Under the pieces are notes generated by a model that saw only the letters and a list, made by a program, of their open reading frames with translations, made no database searches and had not been told where the DNA came from. The translations under genes and the position numbers were made by a program. A stretch of DNA of 48,875 bases, filler included, from Jimgerdemannia flammicorona (Eukaryota): the NCBI GenBank assembly GCA_003990765.1. It is 2 parts of 2 records of this genome, joined end to end, with 100 filler letters (N's around TTAATTAATTAA, not from the genome) between each part and the next. Parts side by side here need not be neighbours in the genome. Positions count along the whole stretch, not along the records: positions 1 to 24,390 come from RBNJ01000980.1; 1 more part is not named here. One strand, written 5' to 3'. Numbering within the stretch: position 1 is the first letter of the stretch; the number at the start of each line of letters is the position of its first letter. This document shows positions 1 to 11,236 of this stretch, piece by piece.

Positions 1-263
1 GATATATAAACAAATTAAACAGCAGTTAAAATAAATATTGAGTTAAAATATTATTAGGATAAGAAGATATATAATATATAATATATATATTAAACAATAT
101 ACTTTTTAGTAAACCAAAATATATAAATTGCATATTATAATATATATATATATATATAATAGTAAAATTACAAATTTATAAAGTTATAGTAAATCAATCA
201 ATAAATATTTCTACGAAAACCATTTAATATCATAGTGTTCATACTTTTAAAGTTTACTGAGGT

Positions 264-727
264 TGTAACAATTTCACAGTCATATTTAGTCTTAGTACAT
301 TTTCATGTCTTTTAGTTAGTCTTTTCTTATTATTTCTTGAATATTCTACTATGTTCCACTATCTTCTACTTGTTTAGAAACCTTCTCTCAGCACCCAGAT
401 ACCACTAGAACATTCTTGTCTTTCCTTAGTACCAAGTATCTTATCTTAGCTAGTTATGAAACCTTTCAGAACATTATAGAATAGTATTAGTCAGCTTTGT
501 TAAGAACTTATTTCTTAGCATTTCTCTTTCTTTCCAAGATCCTTCCAGATCTTTTTTTCAGATTATATATAAATATTCTTATTCTCTGTCTGAATAAAGC
601 TCAGAATATTTTCTCCCAGAAATCCTTTGAGAATACTTGAACCTTTAAGTATCTCTTCAAGCTACTTTAGACTAACTAGAACTTCCATATTTAGCTACTT
701 TCTCTTAAAGAAACTAGAACTATTATA
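264..727 (+). repeat. Putative 5' LTR of element A
   Basis: TG start, TATATAAATA at ~565, AATAAA at ~593, and a PBS-like sequence directly after. No partner LTR is present in the window. Confidence 0.55.
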
Positions 728-909
728 CTTGATAGCAGTAGTATCATTATACCTTGTCTTATTAAGAAATCTCATACAAATTCAGAAACCAGTTACAACT
801 AGTCACACAAATCTGAAATAAGCTGTAAAGAGTCAACCTACTAGCCAGACCTCTCTGCTACAGAAGAAGTAGAAGAACTGTAAGTTAGTATAGAGAATAT
901 ACTCACTAT

Positions 910-3900
910 TATGGCTCACCAAATCCAAGAACTTCAAGTACAACTAGAACAGCAGAGAATAAGAACTACAAGTACATCATATGTATTCTACTATAGCATT
1001 AGTTAGTTTCAAGCTACTCAAGCCCAATACTTTTGATAGTCATTGAGGAGAACTATCTACAGATACATGAATCTTCTAGTTGGACCAATACTTTGAGCTC
1101 ACAAGAATGGAAGAAGATATGTAAGTCTAATTTGCCACTATACTTCTCTGAGAAAATACAGCCATTTGGTGGTACAATCATATTATGACTATGTCTATAC
1201 ACTCATATGCATGAATCAGAACTAGAAAGCTTTCAAGAGAGCTCTTTACAAGCAGTTTAAGTCTGCTAATACTACCAAGCTAGTCAGAGACAAGCTAGCA
1301 AACATCAAGCAACTCAAGTCTGTATAAAGCTACAATATATAATTCTTATCAATCTTATTCAAGCTACTAGTAATATCTGAGGATGAAAAGATAGACTACT
1401 ATATCTGAGGCCTGAAGAGAAATATATAAGTTAAGGTTGAGCTAGAAGAGCCCAAAACCTTAATGAAGCTATGAGAATTACTGATAGATTTGATATCATT
1501 ACCTTTGGTAACTACTTTGAACCAGAATACTACAAGAAGAACTACTTCGAGAACTGCCACAAGAACCAACCAAGGATAGTTGGCCTGGTACTAATGGACT
1601 TAGATACTATAAATAAAAGAACACCAAGCTTACTCCTGAAGAAAAGGACCATCTGAAGAAATCTGGAGTCTGTTTCTTCTATTACCAAACAGGACATATT
1701 GCAACCAAATATCCTAAGAAGACTAGTGAACCCTCAAGACCAGTCACTATATTGTCTAAGGATACATCTGTCAACCCCACTACTAGTTAATCTAAGCTCA
1801 AGATCAAGAAGCTTCATCTGAAGGCCCAGGTCTCTCAATATTAAACAGAAGGAGCTATTGGTCTTAATCTACACTCTATCAAACAAGTCACCATTCTAGT
1901 TAAGGGCTAAACTCTGATGCCTACTGGAATTGCAGTTCAATGTCCTGAAGGACATTATGCCAAAATTGTACTATGATCAGGACTTAGTATTAAATATTAT
2001 TTAGATGTAGATACTGGTGTCATTGATCTAAACTTTCAAGGACAAGTTCAAGTTCTGCTTATCAACCAGAAGAATCAAGACTACACAGTCAAGGAAGGAG
2101 ACCAAGTCATATAAATAATCTTGGAAAAAGCTAGTCAATTCAAGATCACAGAAGTCTAAGAACTCCTTGAAACCAAATAAGACCAAAAAGGTTTTGGTAG
2201 CACTGATTAAGTAGCAAGTCTTAGTAAAAATTGAGCTCAAGCTATACTCATTTTCAAAGGCCTAGTCAAAGGAAAAGAAGTTTAAGTACTCATAGACAAT
2301 AGAGCTATAGAGAACTTTATCAATTAGAACCTCATCAAAAGTCTCAAGATCCTTATCAAGCCTGCACCCAAGAACAATAGTAGAGTCACTGCAGATAGTA
2401 CTCTATACCCCATCAAGTCAATTACTGCCAAACTATCCATCAAGATCCAGAAATATTGGGAATGAGTAGACTTCAAAGTTGCACTACTAGGAGATCATAG
2501 TCTGATCCTAGGAAAACCCTGGCTTATAAAATACAACCCAGACATTAATTGGTATAAGAATGAAGTTATCTTATTTCAAGATGAAGCTAATATCACTATC
2601 AAGACAGACAACACCATGAGCAAGATCCAGATTGCAACACTATCAGCTATATAGTACAAGAGAGTACTTAAGAAGACAATGTATGCCTTTATTGTAATAG
2701 TCTGTCCCAAGAAATAAGACAAGAGACTATCAGTCAATAAAAGCATCAAGTTACTGCTAGAAGAATTTAAGGATGTCTTTCCAGATAAGCTACCTGGCCT
2801 ACCACCTATATGAGAAGTTGATCATGAAATCAAACTGACCCCAGAAGCTATACTACCTAAGAAATATATATACTATATATCACTACTTGAAATTGAAGTA
2901 GCCAAGAAGGAACTAGAAGAACTACTTACATGAGAAGCCATTAAGCCAAGCAAATCTCCTTATGGCTCACTAGTTCTATTTATTAAGAAGAAGGATGATA
3001 TTCTATAAATATATATAGACTATCATGCACTCAACAAATTCACTGTTAAGAACACTAATTGCTACTCTTGATTGATCAAATCTTTGATGCTCTTAAGAAT
3101 GCTAAGTACTTCACCAAGTTGGACCTCATGTCAGGATACCACCAGATCTGAATCAAGTCAGAAGATATTCTCAAGACTGTGTTCATGACTCTCTTTGGAC
3201 ACTATAAATTCCTAGTCTTAGTATTTGGTCTCACCAATGTACCCACCACATTCCAGACCCTGATAAATAAGATATTTAAGAACCAACTATTTATTTTCCT
3301 ATTGGTATATCTTGACAACATCCTGATCTTTAGTGTAACTAAAGAAGAATATCTCAATAGTCCTGGAGATCCTGTGAAAACACAAGCTTTATACCAAGCA
3401 CAAGAAGTATGAATTCTTCAAAAAATAAGTTAAATATCTTGGCCACATTGTCTCTGTCCAAGGAATTCAAGTAGACCCATACAAGATAAAAGCAATTGAA
3501 GAATAGCTCATTTCATCAAACTCTAATTCTTTCTTGGTCTAGCTGGCTACTACTGCTACTTTGTTAGAAACTTCTCTGATATTACTGAGTCACTGACTAA
3601 CCTCATGAGGAAGGCCCCACACTCAGACCACTATGTATCCTATACCTGAGATCTCTTCTATCAATAATCTTTTCAAGAACTCAAGAACTATCTGACCCAT
3701 GCTCCAGTTCTGTATAATGTAGATCAAGGTTTAAAATTTATAGTCACCACTGATGTATTGAATTTTGCCATAGAAGCAGTTCTGTTACAAGATGATGGTA
3801 AAATAAATCATCTTATTACTTTTGAGTTCTACAAGTTGGCCCCAGCTGAACAAAAGCTAGCCACTCATGAAAAGGAACTACTGGCAATAATACATGTACT

Positions 3901-4607
3901 AGACCACTAGCAATGCTATCTAGAAGGTATTGAGTTTGATGTTATTACTGACCATCAATCTCTCAAGTACATCAATACCCAACCTACTCTATTATATCTA
4001 TAAGTCAAGTAGAGCCTCAAGTTTCAAACCTTCAATCTGATGATCATCTATAAGCCTGGCAAGACACTGGTAGTACCAGATACCTTATCAAAATGCCCTG
4101 ATCTCACTACAATCATATAAGTCACCTTGGTATCAGAATTTCTAGACTAAATTAGGCAAGCTTATAAAGAAGATACAGTTGCCATTAGAGTTTTCTTGAA
4201 TGAGCTCAAGGATATATATACTGTTGAGAACAATCTGATCTATCATCAAGACCAAGTCTATCTATCTGAAAACATAAACCTATGCTATAAGATTTTGCAA
4301 GAATACCATAACTCCTCTCTTACCAATTATCTGGAAATCAAAAAGACTGTTAAGAATATTCAATGCCACTACTATTGGCCAAGCATGGTCAAGGAAATCA
4401 AGAATTATATTGCCAGCTATAATCTATGCCAGTACAACAAGTCTACCAACCAAGTACCTGCTGGTTTGCTATAACTACTGCCAATTCCTACTAAGAAATT
4501 TGAGCAAGTTATTATGGACTTTATAACTCAACTACTATGAACTCAATCTGGTACTAATACTATCATCATATTCATTGACCACCTGATCAAGACTATAGTT
4601 GCTAAAC
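910..4607 (+). pseudogene. gag-dUTPase-pol pseudogene of element A
   Basis: ORF fragments 3179-3412 (FGLTNVPTTFQ, YLDN) and 4196-4474 (YH...YYWPSM integrase zinc-finger region). Many premature stops. Confidence 0.85.
1796..2207 (+). pseudogene. dUTPase domain of element A, between gag and protease
   Basis: Manual translation gives PTGIAVQCPEGHYAKIVL*SGL, GVIDLNFQGQVQVLL, GDQV and KGFGSTD, which are the trimeric dUTPase motifs. Confidence 0.85.
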
Positions 4608-5174
4608 TGTAAGCACACAACCTCCAAGCTACCGAAATTACACATCACCCTCTGAACAAGCCACTGAAATCACACATGACCTCTGAACAAATCTGGAAAT
4701 CACCTGCTTGATCACGAAGCTGAGTCAATACGAAGTCACAGAATACAAGATTTACACAAATAGAATCTTACCAATCAGGACCAAATGCATATATACCGAG
4801 CACCGAGACATATCGAATCAGAGAACCAAAACAAACAACAACTACAACTTCTAAACATACAAACATGACCACCAAGATCTATACCCATATCCACACTGAC
4901 ATTTGGAATGCCATTGTTAACTGAGTCACACCCCCTCTGCCCCTCATGAATATCCATAGCCTAGCACCCCTCTACTTCATGGAAGCCTGATGGAATGCTC
5001 TGAACATGCTTAGTGAGGCCCACCGAATCGGACAAATCTCAAGCTACTACCAGATCGGCCACCTCCTGGAAGACATAATTGAACACTACCATGATACAGA
5101 CATCACCCAGATGTCTCAACACTAGAAGCTCATTGCCCACAAACATCGAGAACTCTTCTATGAGTAGTGCTCTC

Positions 5175-5370
5175 AAACAAATCAAATATATTCGAATTGA
5201 ATCAAATTGAGATTGATTCGAATTGAATGGAAATAGAGATTTTCATATTCGAATTGAATTCAAATCAAATCAAATTTGAATCGAATTGGGGGTTCAATTC
5301 GATTTGATATGAATCGAATTGGGGGTTTGATTCGATTCGATATGAATCGAATTAGAAGTTCGATTGAGGG
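5175..5370. repeat. hAT subterminal pentamer array (AATCG/AATTG/GATTC); counterparts at 9535-9600 and 9710-9805
   Basis: Directly visible runs such as GAATTGAATCAAATTGAGATTGATTCGAATTG. Confidence 0.85.
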
Positions 5371-5519
5371 TCTCAATTTGTCACATGTAACACATGCTAC
5401 AAAAATTTTTATTGCCAAGTAACTGAAATTCTTTTTATTGTCTATCTCCCTGCACCTGCAATGGTCTACTTCCTGCGATGCCTGGCTATAGCTGCCATCT
5501 GCTAAGCATTGTTATATGG

Positions 5520-6233
5520 TCATTTTTCAAGAGGAAGGTTTGGAGTCAATGGGTTTAACTTTTGGCAAATTTTGGGTAAGATACTGCATGTCTTTTCATA
5601 CCACTGGCAATTGAAGTAGTTCATGCAAGGCTTGCCTCTTGGCCTACTTGGAGCAGTGGCGGCCTTAGCAGCATCAGCAGCCTTGGTAGCATCAGCAGTC
5701 TTGGTGGCATTGGCAGCCTCATTGGTGGCCTTATTGGTAGCCTCATTGGCTGCCTCATTGGCAGCCTCATCATCTTGAATGGTAAGGATGGTGTTATTGT
5801 CTTGAATTGCAGTCTCGTCTTGAATTTCTTGAATGATGGTCTCATTGTCATCTTGAATAGTAATGATGGCCTTGTCATCTTGAATAGTAATGATGGCCTC
5901 ATCATCTTGAGTGGCCTTGTCATCTGTTAAAAGGAGAATAACCTCTTCTCCCTCGCTGCTGCTGGCTGAAAGGAGGATAGCCTCATCTACCTTGTCATCG
6001 TCTAAGTTGTCATCATCGTCTGAATGGAGGAAGATAGCATCATCTGTTGCCTTGATGAATTCTTCAATGGTATCTATAATTTTTCTTTTTTTCCTTTTAT
6101 ATTGAGCTTTGGTGGTGGTTGTTCCTTCTTCATTTAGCCATGTAACGATTCTGCCAATTCGATGATTCATCATTTCAAACACTCCAGAGATGGTTTCAAG
6201 ATAAGCGTGAAGGTTATTTGTGGGAGTATTCAT
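5520..6233 (-). CDS. Passenger ORF inside the hAT, 237 aa, unknown function
   Basis: Open from ATG, with TATAAATA ~70 bp upstream (6301-6308, minus strand). Contains a KRKKRK basic patch, an acidic tract, IITIQDD and ANEA/AADA repeats. Confidence 0.6.
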   Translation of the reverse strand: MNTPTNNLHAYLETISGVFEMMNHRIGRIVTWLNEEGTTTTKAQYKRKKRKIIDTIEEFIKATDDAIFLHSDDDDNLDDDKVDEAILLSASSSEGEEVILLLTDDKATQDDEAIITIQDDKAIITIQDDNETIIQEIQDETAIQDNNTILTIQDDEAANEAANEATNKATNEAANATKTADATKAADAAKAATAPSRPRGKPCMNYFNCQWYEKTCSILPKICQKLNPLTPNLPLEK

Positions 6234-6329
6234 TATGAAAGTTATTAGCGAGAGAAATGTTTTTTTTTTTTTTTTTCTTTTCTCACCATTAGAGACAGCT
6301 TATTTATACGTTTTACCTGATGTCATAGC

Positions 6330-6750
6330 CATAGCCATATCTGAAGTGCCATATCTGAAGCTCTTGACTATATATGTTTGAAGCACCACCTGACTATATA
6401 TGTTTGAAGTACTGCCATATCTAAAGCTCTTGGCTACATATATATTCAAAGCACCACCTGACTATGTATGTTCAAAGTGCCACCATATCTGAAGTGCTGC
6501 TATATCTGAAGCTCTTGGCTACATATGTTCGAAGTACCACCATATCTGAAGCTCTTGGCTATGTATATTTGAAGCACCACCTGCACTTAAATCTGTTAAG
6601 TATTTGTCTCAGCATTTGCTCACTGTCACTGACAAGAACCAAGAGTTTGCTCTTTGCTGCCATATTCGAAGCACTGCCATATCCACTTGGCTACGTATGT
6701 ACTGCCATATTGGAAGCTCTCGGTGCCACCACATCTGAAGCGGCTATCAT
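6330..6750. repeat. Degenerate tandem repeat with core GCCATATCTGAAGC inside the hAT
   Basis: About ten recurrences of (G)CCATATCTGAAG, interspersed with GCACCACCTGACTAT and CTCTTGGCTA blocks. Confidence 0.8.
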
Positions 6751-6854
6751 TTTGACCAAGGGGTTTTATTTGAAGGTATATGTATCAGAAATTACCAGAA
6801 AAAAAATATATATATATATTTTAAGATTTTGAGATTGACTAGCTTATTGGAATA

Positions 6855-7966
6855 TTAGACTGATTGCTATGCCTTTAAACACATATATTCACAAATTGTT
6901 TCAGGGTCTAAAGCATATCTTTTTAATGATACAAGATCTTTACCCTTTGAAAATATTCTTTCAATTGGCATGCTTATTATGGGGATGGCTAAATAGTCAC
7001 ATGCCATTTTTGTTAGATTTGGGAAATCTCCACTATGGCCCTAATATTTTTCATAAATGATTAAATCAAAAAGAAATTCTAAAATTTCAATTTGAATATA
7101 CATATATAAAAATTCTCAACTTACTTGCCACCAAGATAATATATCAACTCCTGGTGGATATTCAACAGTTTCATGTTTCAAATAAATATCTACCTCTTGC
7201 TCAGGAATCGCCGTCAGTTTCTGTCATTTGTTAAACATATGTTCTTGTAGTTCAGCATCCACATCATCTCTAGTATCTTCAATATTAGAACTTGCTCAAT
7301 AAACTGATCCAGCTAGAGGGGCATAGGTTGCATTATAGGTTATGTAAAATGCATTTTTCACCTCTTCAATCCACTCGGGTTCCCAATTGTGAGATATATA
7401 ATATTGTAATTTAAGCCTAGGATTGAGTACTGGTTTTATTCAAAAAAGAAAAAAATTAGTTTAATTTCGAAATATAGCCAACATTATTTTGAATATATAT
7501 ACTTACTGGTACCAATATAATAAATTGGAGTATCTGTCCTTTTATAATATTCTTTCAACTTAACAATAGCTGCTGTTAGTGCCAGGTGAATGGGATTCGA
7601 CTCTTCGGTATTATTATCCTCCAACTTATCTAGTAAGAAGTTGTAAATCAGAACAGTAGAATAAATTGTTGAATATTTATGCTGCATAGCAAGATCTATT
7701 GCTTGTTTGAAGCACTTTAGAATACCAACAATGTCTTTTAACACCTGCCAAGTATAATCTTCAATGGCATATTTTTGAAAATCCCTATCAGCAATAATGG
7801 TTGCAGTTAAGGGCTAAATATAATATATATATAATAGTAATTAATTTGTTAGATTATCACTCATAAATAAATTAAATATATTCAATTCAAAATATTTTGA
7901 AATATTTTGAATCGAATTGCCAATTCAATTTGATACTATTTGTTGGGAGTACTGATCTGAAGAATG

Positions 7967-7997
<31 letters not shown>

Positions 7998-9513
7998 CTT
8001 ACTTCTAATAATTCTAAGGCTTGTTCAATTATCGAATATGTTGAATTCCATCGAGTTCTAACATCCAATATGAGTTCTTTTGGATTGCTGATTCCAAAAA
8101 TTCTATATTACTTAGCAAATTGCTCTTGACACTGTAGTGAAGATCAGATCTTGGTAATAATCATTCAGAGCCTTGATATTTCTCCATTCTCAGTTATATT
8201 ATCATCTTCACTCTCAGCCTTCAGACAGATTAAAAATGCCTGAACAGCCAGGTTAATGATATGCACCAGGTAGTATACATGTTGTATTGGTGGATTGTTA
8301 AGGTAAGTGTGATCGAATTTCTCCTGAATTATTCGAAAAAACACATTATTGTTGGATGCATTGTCTATTGTTATAGCCAATATCTAGAGTGAAAATCAAT
8401 AATTTGAAATATAAGATAACTGTATTTCGAAATATATATATATTTTTTTAAAAAAAAAAATCACAATCTTTTTCATGTGAAAATATAAAACAAAACCACC
8501 TGTTTCCAAAATATGAAATTATATATCTTTATTGATATCCCAAAGTCTCTAATATAGTTCATGAAGGCATCAGCAAGATTTTCACCTGAATGAGGTCCTG
8601 ACAGCTTGACAAAATCAATCAACATACAGTTGAGTTGCTAATTCTGACTGATCTAATGTGCATTAATTTCAAGAAATACATGCATATTAGGTGATGTCCA
8701 TGTGTCAATAGTGAAAGATATTCGACCAAATACATTCTATTTCCAAATAAATTAATCGGAATGAGCTTAATTCGAATTAAGATTTGAATAAGTCAAAATA
8801 TTAAATCTTACCTGTAGCTTAATTTTGATGGCATCATGACTCCGTTGAAAAGCTAGTCTGATTTCATTTCGAATAGTTCCAGCAGAAGGAATAGTAATGT
8901 CTGGTTTCAGAAGACAAAAAATATCTTTCAGCTCTAAACTCTCAACAACTGTAAAAGGCTGATTATTATCAATAATCTAGCAAATGAGCTTGTCTTGAAA
9001 TAACTATATAGAGAATTTTGGCTATTTAAAAAAAAAGAGTTCTTAGGACACTCATCAGCATAGCCACCAGCTCCCCCAATTACAACATGGTCAAAAGGTA
9101 AACCATACTTGTAATAAGTACGAATCTATCATTCTAACCTGAAGACTCTTATGGTGTTTGTTGAAATGCATCCACAAATTTGTTGTTGAGCTACCTTTAG
9201 ACTTATATTTTACTTTACAGTGGTTATACTTCAGAATGACTTCTCTATCATCCTTGTGCACCTTCGTAAACTCCTTCCAAATATCAGAGTGTGTATGGTG
9301 TGCTCTTCCTTTTCCTTTTGCAGATTGTATTGAGGTTGTTACTACACTTATTGAAGTTGTATCTATTGACATCATGACTGTTATTATAGTATCCTCTGTA
9401 ACTAATAGTGGTGTAAAAGGCTCATCTGACATGCTTGAATACATTAAGGAAGGTAGTTGTATATTGTGAGTTTCAACGCATGTGAGTTTCCAATTACCAT
9501 ATTGAGTTTCCAA
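6855..9513 (-). pseudogene. Intron-containing hAT transposase with BED zinc finger
   Basis: BED-like SDIWKEF...NHC...SSTTNLWMHFNKHH; FTIDTWTS; GPHSGENLA; ITIDNASNN; DVRTRWNSTY; C-terminal dimerisation region LSWW...FPNLTKMACDYLAIPISSMPIERIFS. GT-AG introns, e.g. ~9004-9109 and ~8738-8811. Premature stops. Confidence 0.92.
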
Positions 9514-10746
9514 TTACCATATTGAGTTTTGAGGATCGAATTGAATTGATTTGATTTGACTTTGGAATCGAATCAAATTGATTTGATTCGATTCAATATT
9601 ATTGAGTTGACTGTCACATCATTTTATTTATATACTAGTATTGTAATATTTATAATTGGGCAGTGGCTTACATGACTATAATCCCTCATTCAGCTGATAG
9701 AGAAATCTTATCAAATCAAATTGAATTGAAACTTGAATCAAATTGGCCTCAATTCAAATCAAATCGAATCAAATTTGACTTATATTCAATTCGATTCGAT
9801 TCATTAAGAGCACTATCTACAAGTATAGCACCATTATTCTCTACCTCTAAGTTACTACAGCTGAAATGGTTGCTACCCAGTCCTATGGCCAAATTGATGA
9901 CATGATACAAGAACTCAATCACAAGTATCTCGAGTACGTCGAAACCACAGACAGAACCTTCCCACACTCCAATGATCATATCCTGCAAATGCCTCAAGTT
10001 GGATATACTATGAAGGACATCTACAATATAATCCACTTCAATGAAGATAAAGCAGAAGACAATGATCCCTCTGATGCTGACATGACCTCTAGTCAAGGAT
10101 CTCTGCCAACCCTGATCACACCACCAACCTTGCCAATAAACTTACAACAATTTATAACAGTATATGAGACTTATTGGGACAATGACCACTGGCATGAATA
10201 CCAACCCGCATTCACTCCTGATTACTTCAACTACAATGAAGAGACCAGAGAACATGACCTGTACCTCCAGACAACCCTCAAGATTGAACCAACCACTCCA
10301 CCACTCAAGTATGAGTGATATGAACCACAGCCACCAGCTTACTACAACCCCATGACTCATAGTGCTGTAACCTATAGAAGGTATGCAGACAGTGAATCTA
10401 ATGAAAGTGAAGATGATGCACTCCTCCTTCACCCACCAACACCTTATCCAGCATATGAGACAGATGATGCTATTCTGTGGGATAGTGATGAAGTTCCAAT
10501 GTATTATTACCTCAGTGAACAAGGAGAAGTAATCCACAAACCATTCTTCCTAGATGACTACTTCATCAGAGATGATACAATTGATGGTGATGTCATTGAA
10601 GACTACCCAGACAGTGCCTGAACCATAAATAGCCTAGCAGTCATAGTATAGTTAGATTAGCCTTGTACTATATGACTGTATTTCAACTCAGCAAGGCACT
10701 TAGTGCTATATCCATATTCAGCATAGTACAGATAGCCCCTCACTAG

Positions 10747-10754
10747 TATAAATA
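10747..10754 (+). promoter_or_regulatory. LTR TATA box of element B (second copy 19007-19014)
   Basis: GTATAAATACCCCC in both LTR copies; the same motif occurs in the LTRs of element E. Confidence 0.7.
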
Positions 10755-11223
10755 CCCCCTCCCCCAGATCTCAGAATCTCAGACTCGAACATATAAGAAC
10801 ATTCCTGAATACTTCCCCACAACATCCCTTCATACAACTACTCCTAGTATAGCAATATTATGAATAGCAAATAAACCTATTTAATAACCCACAAACCACT
10901 CTTAAGTAAATCCGCTCTCCATTAGGTCTCACTTCTAACCCCATCACGAAATTTCCTAATTGGGTATTGTCTGCAGTGATACACTAATTCAACTAAGCTG
11001 GTCTTAGTTTCTTGAACTTCCTGAAATACGGAAAATCCTGAACATCCAGAACTAGTCCAAAAAAGAACTTTGATTGAGACATCAACTCGATCTTGAAATC
11101 AATAAGTGTAGAGGATGTATTCCATATGAAATTGATCTTGACCAATAGAAAATAGTCTTCCAGAATATCCAGAACTTTCAGAACTACATAACAGTTACCC
11201 TAAAAAGCAACCCTCTTATAACT

Positions 11224-11236
11224 TGGTAGCAGCAGT
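11224..11236 (+). promoter_or_regulatory. Primer binding site of B1, initiator tRNA-Met type
   Basis: TGGTAGCAGCAGT three bases after the LTR end. TGGTAGC complements the 3' end (GCUACCA) of eukaryotic tRNAiMet. Confidence 0.8.

Larger units (their letters stand above)
264..4607 (+). mobile_element. Element A: highly decayed Ty3/Gypsy LTR retrotransposon, cut within integrase by insertion of element B
   Basis: Putative LTR starting TGTAACA (264) and ending at ~727, followed by a decayed PBS (TGATAGCAGTAG, 730-741). Then gag with a CCHC remnant (~1671-1715), dUTPase, protease, RT (LVYLDNILIF), RNase H (TTDVLNFAIEAVL) and the integrase zinc region, in Gypsy order. Confidence 0.85.
5165..9815 (-). 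mobile_element. hAT-superfamily DNA transposon
   Basis: TIR TAGTGCTCT...AGAGCACTA. 8-bp TSD TCTATGAG (5157-5164) / TCTACAAG (9816-9823). The empty site is visible in LTR2 at ~18077-18084. Subterminal GAATC/GAATT pentamer arrays. Confidence 0.95.
4865..10621 (+). pseudogene. LTR-encoded accessory ORF, copy 1 (~365 aa), split by the hAT
   Basis: ATG at 4865 (MTTKIYTHIH...). The frame resumes after the hAT as ORFs 9866-10318 and 10352-10621. Several stops correspond to sense codons in copy 2. Confidence 0.75.
4608..11220 (+). repeat. LTR1 of element B, containing the hAT insertion at 5165-9815
   Basis: Starts TGTAAGCACACAACC and ends CCCTCTTATA (decayed TTACA). Colinear with 17528-19493 once the hAT is removed. 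Confidence 0.95.

Noticed and set aside
1..263. AT-rich flank with a (TA)n run
   Set aside because: Too decayed to assign to any feature.
5175..5370. Telomeric or satellite pentamer repeats
   Set aside because: They are confined to the subterminal regions of the hAT and MITE, and are better explained as transposase-binding arrays.
6464..6832. 122-aa ORF with repeated ATISEAL motifs
   Set aside because: It is a translation of the DNA tandem repeat, with no independent evidence of coding.
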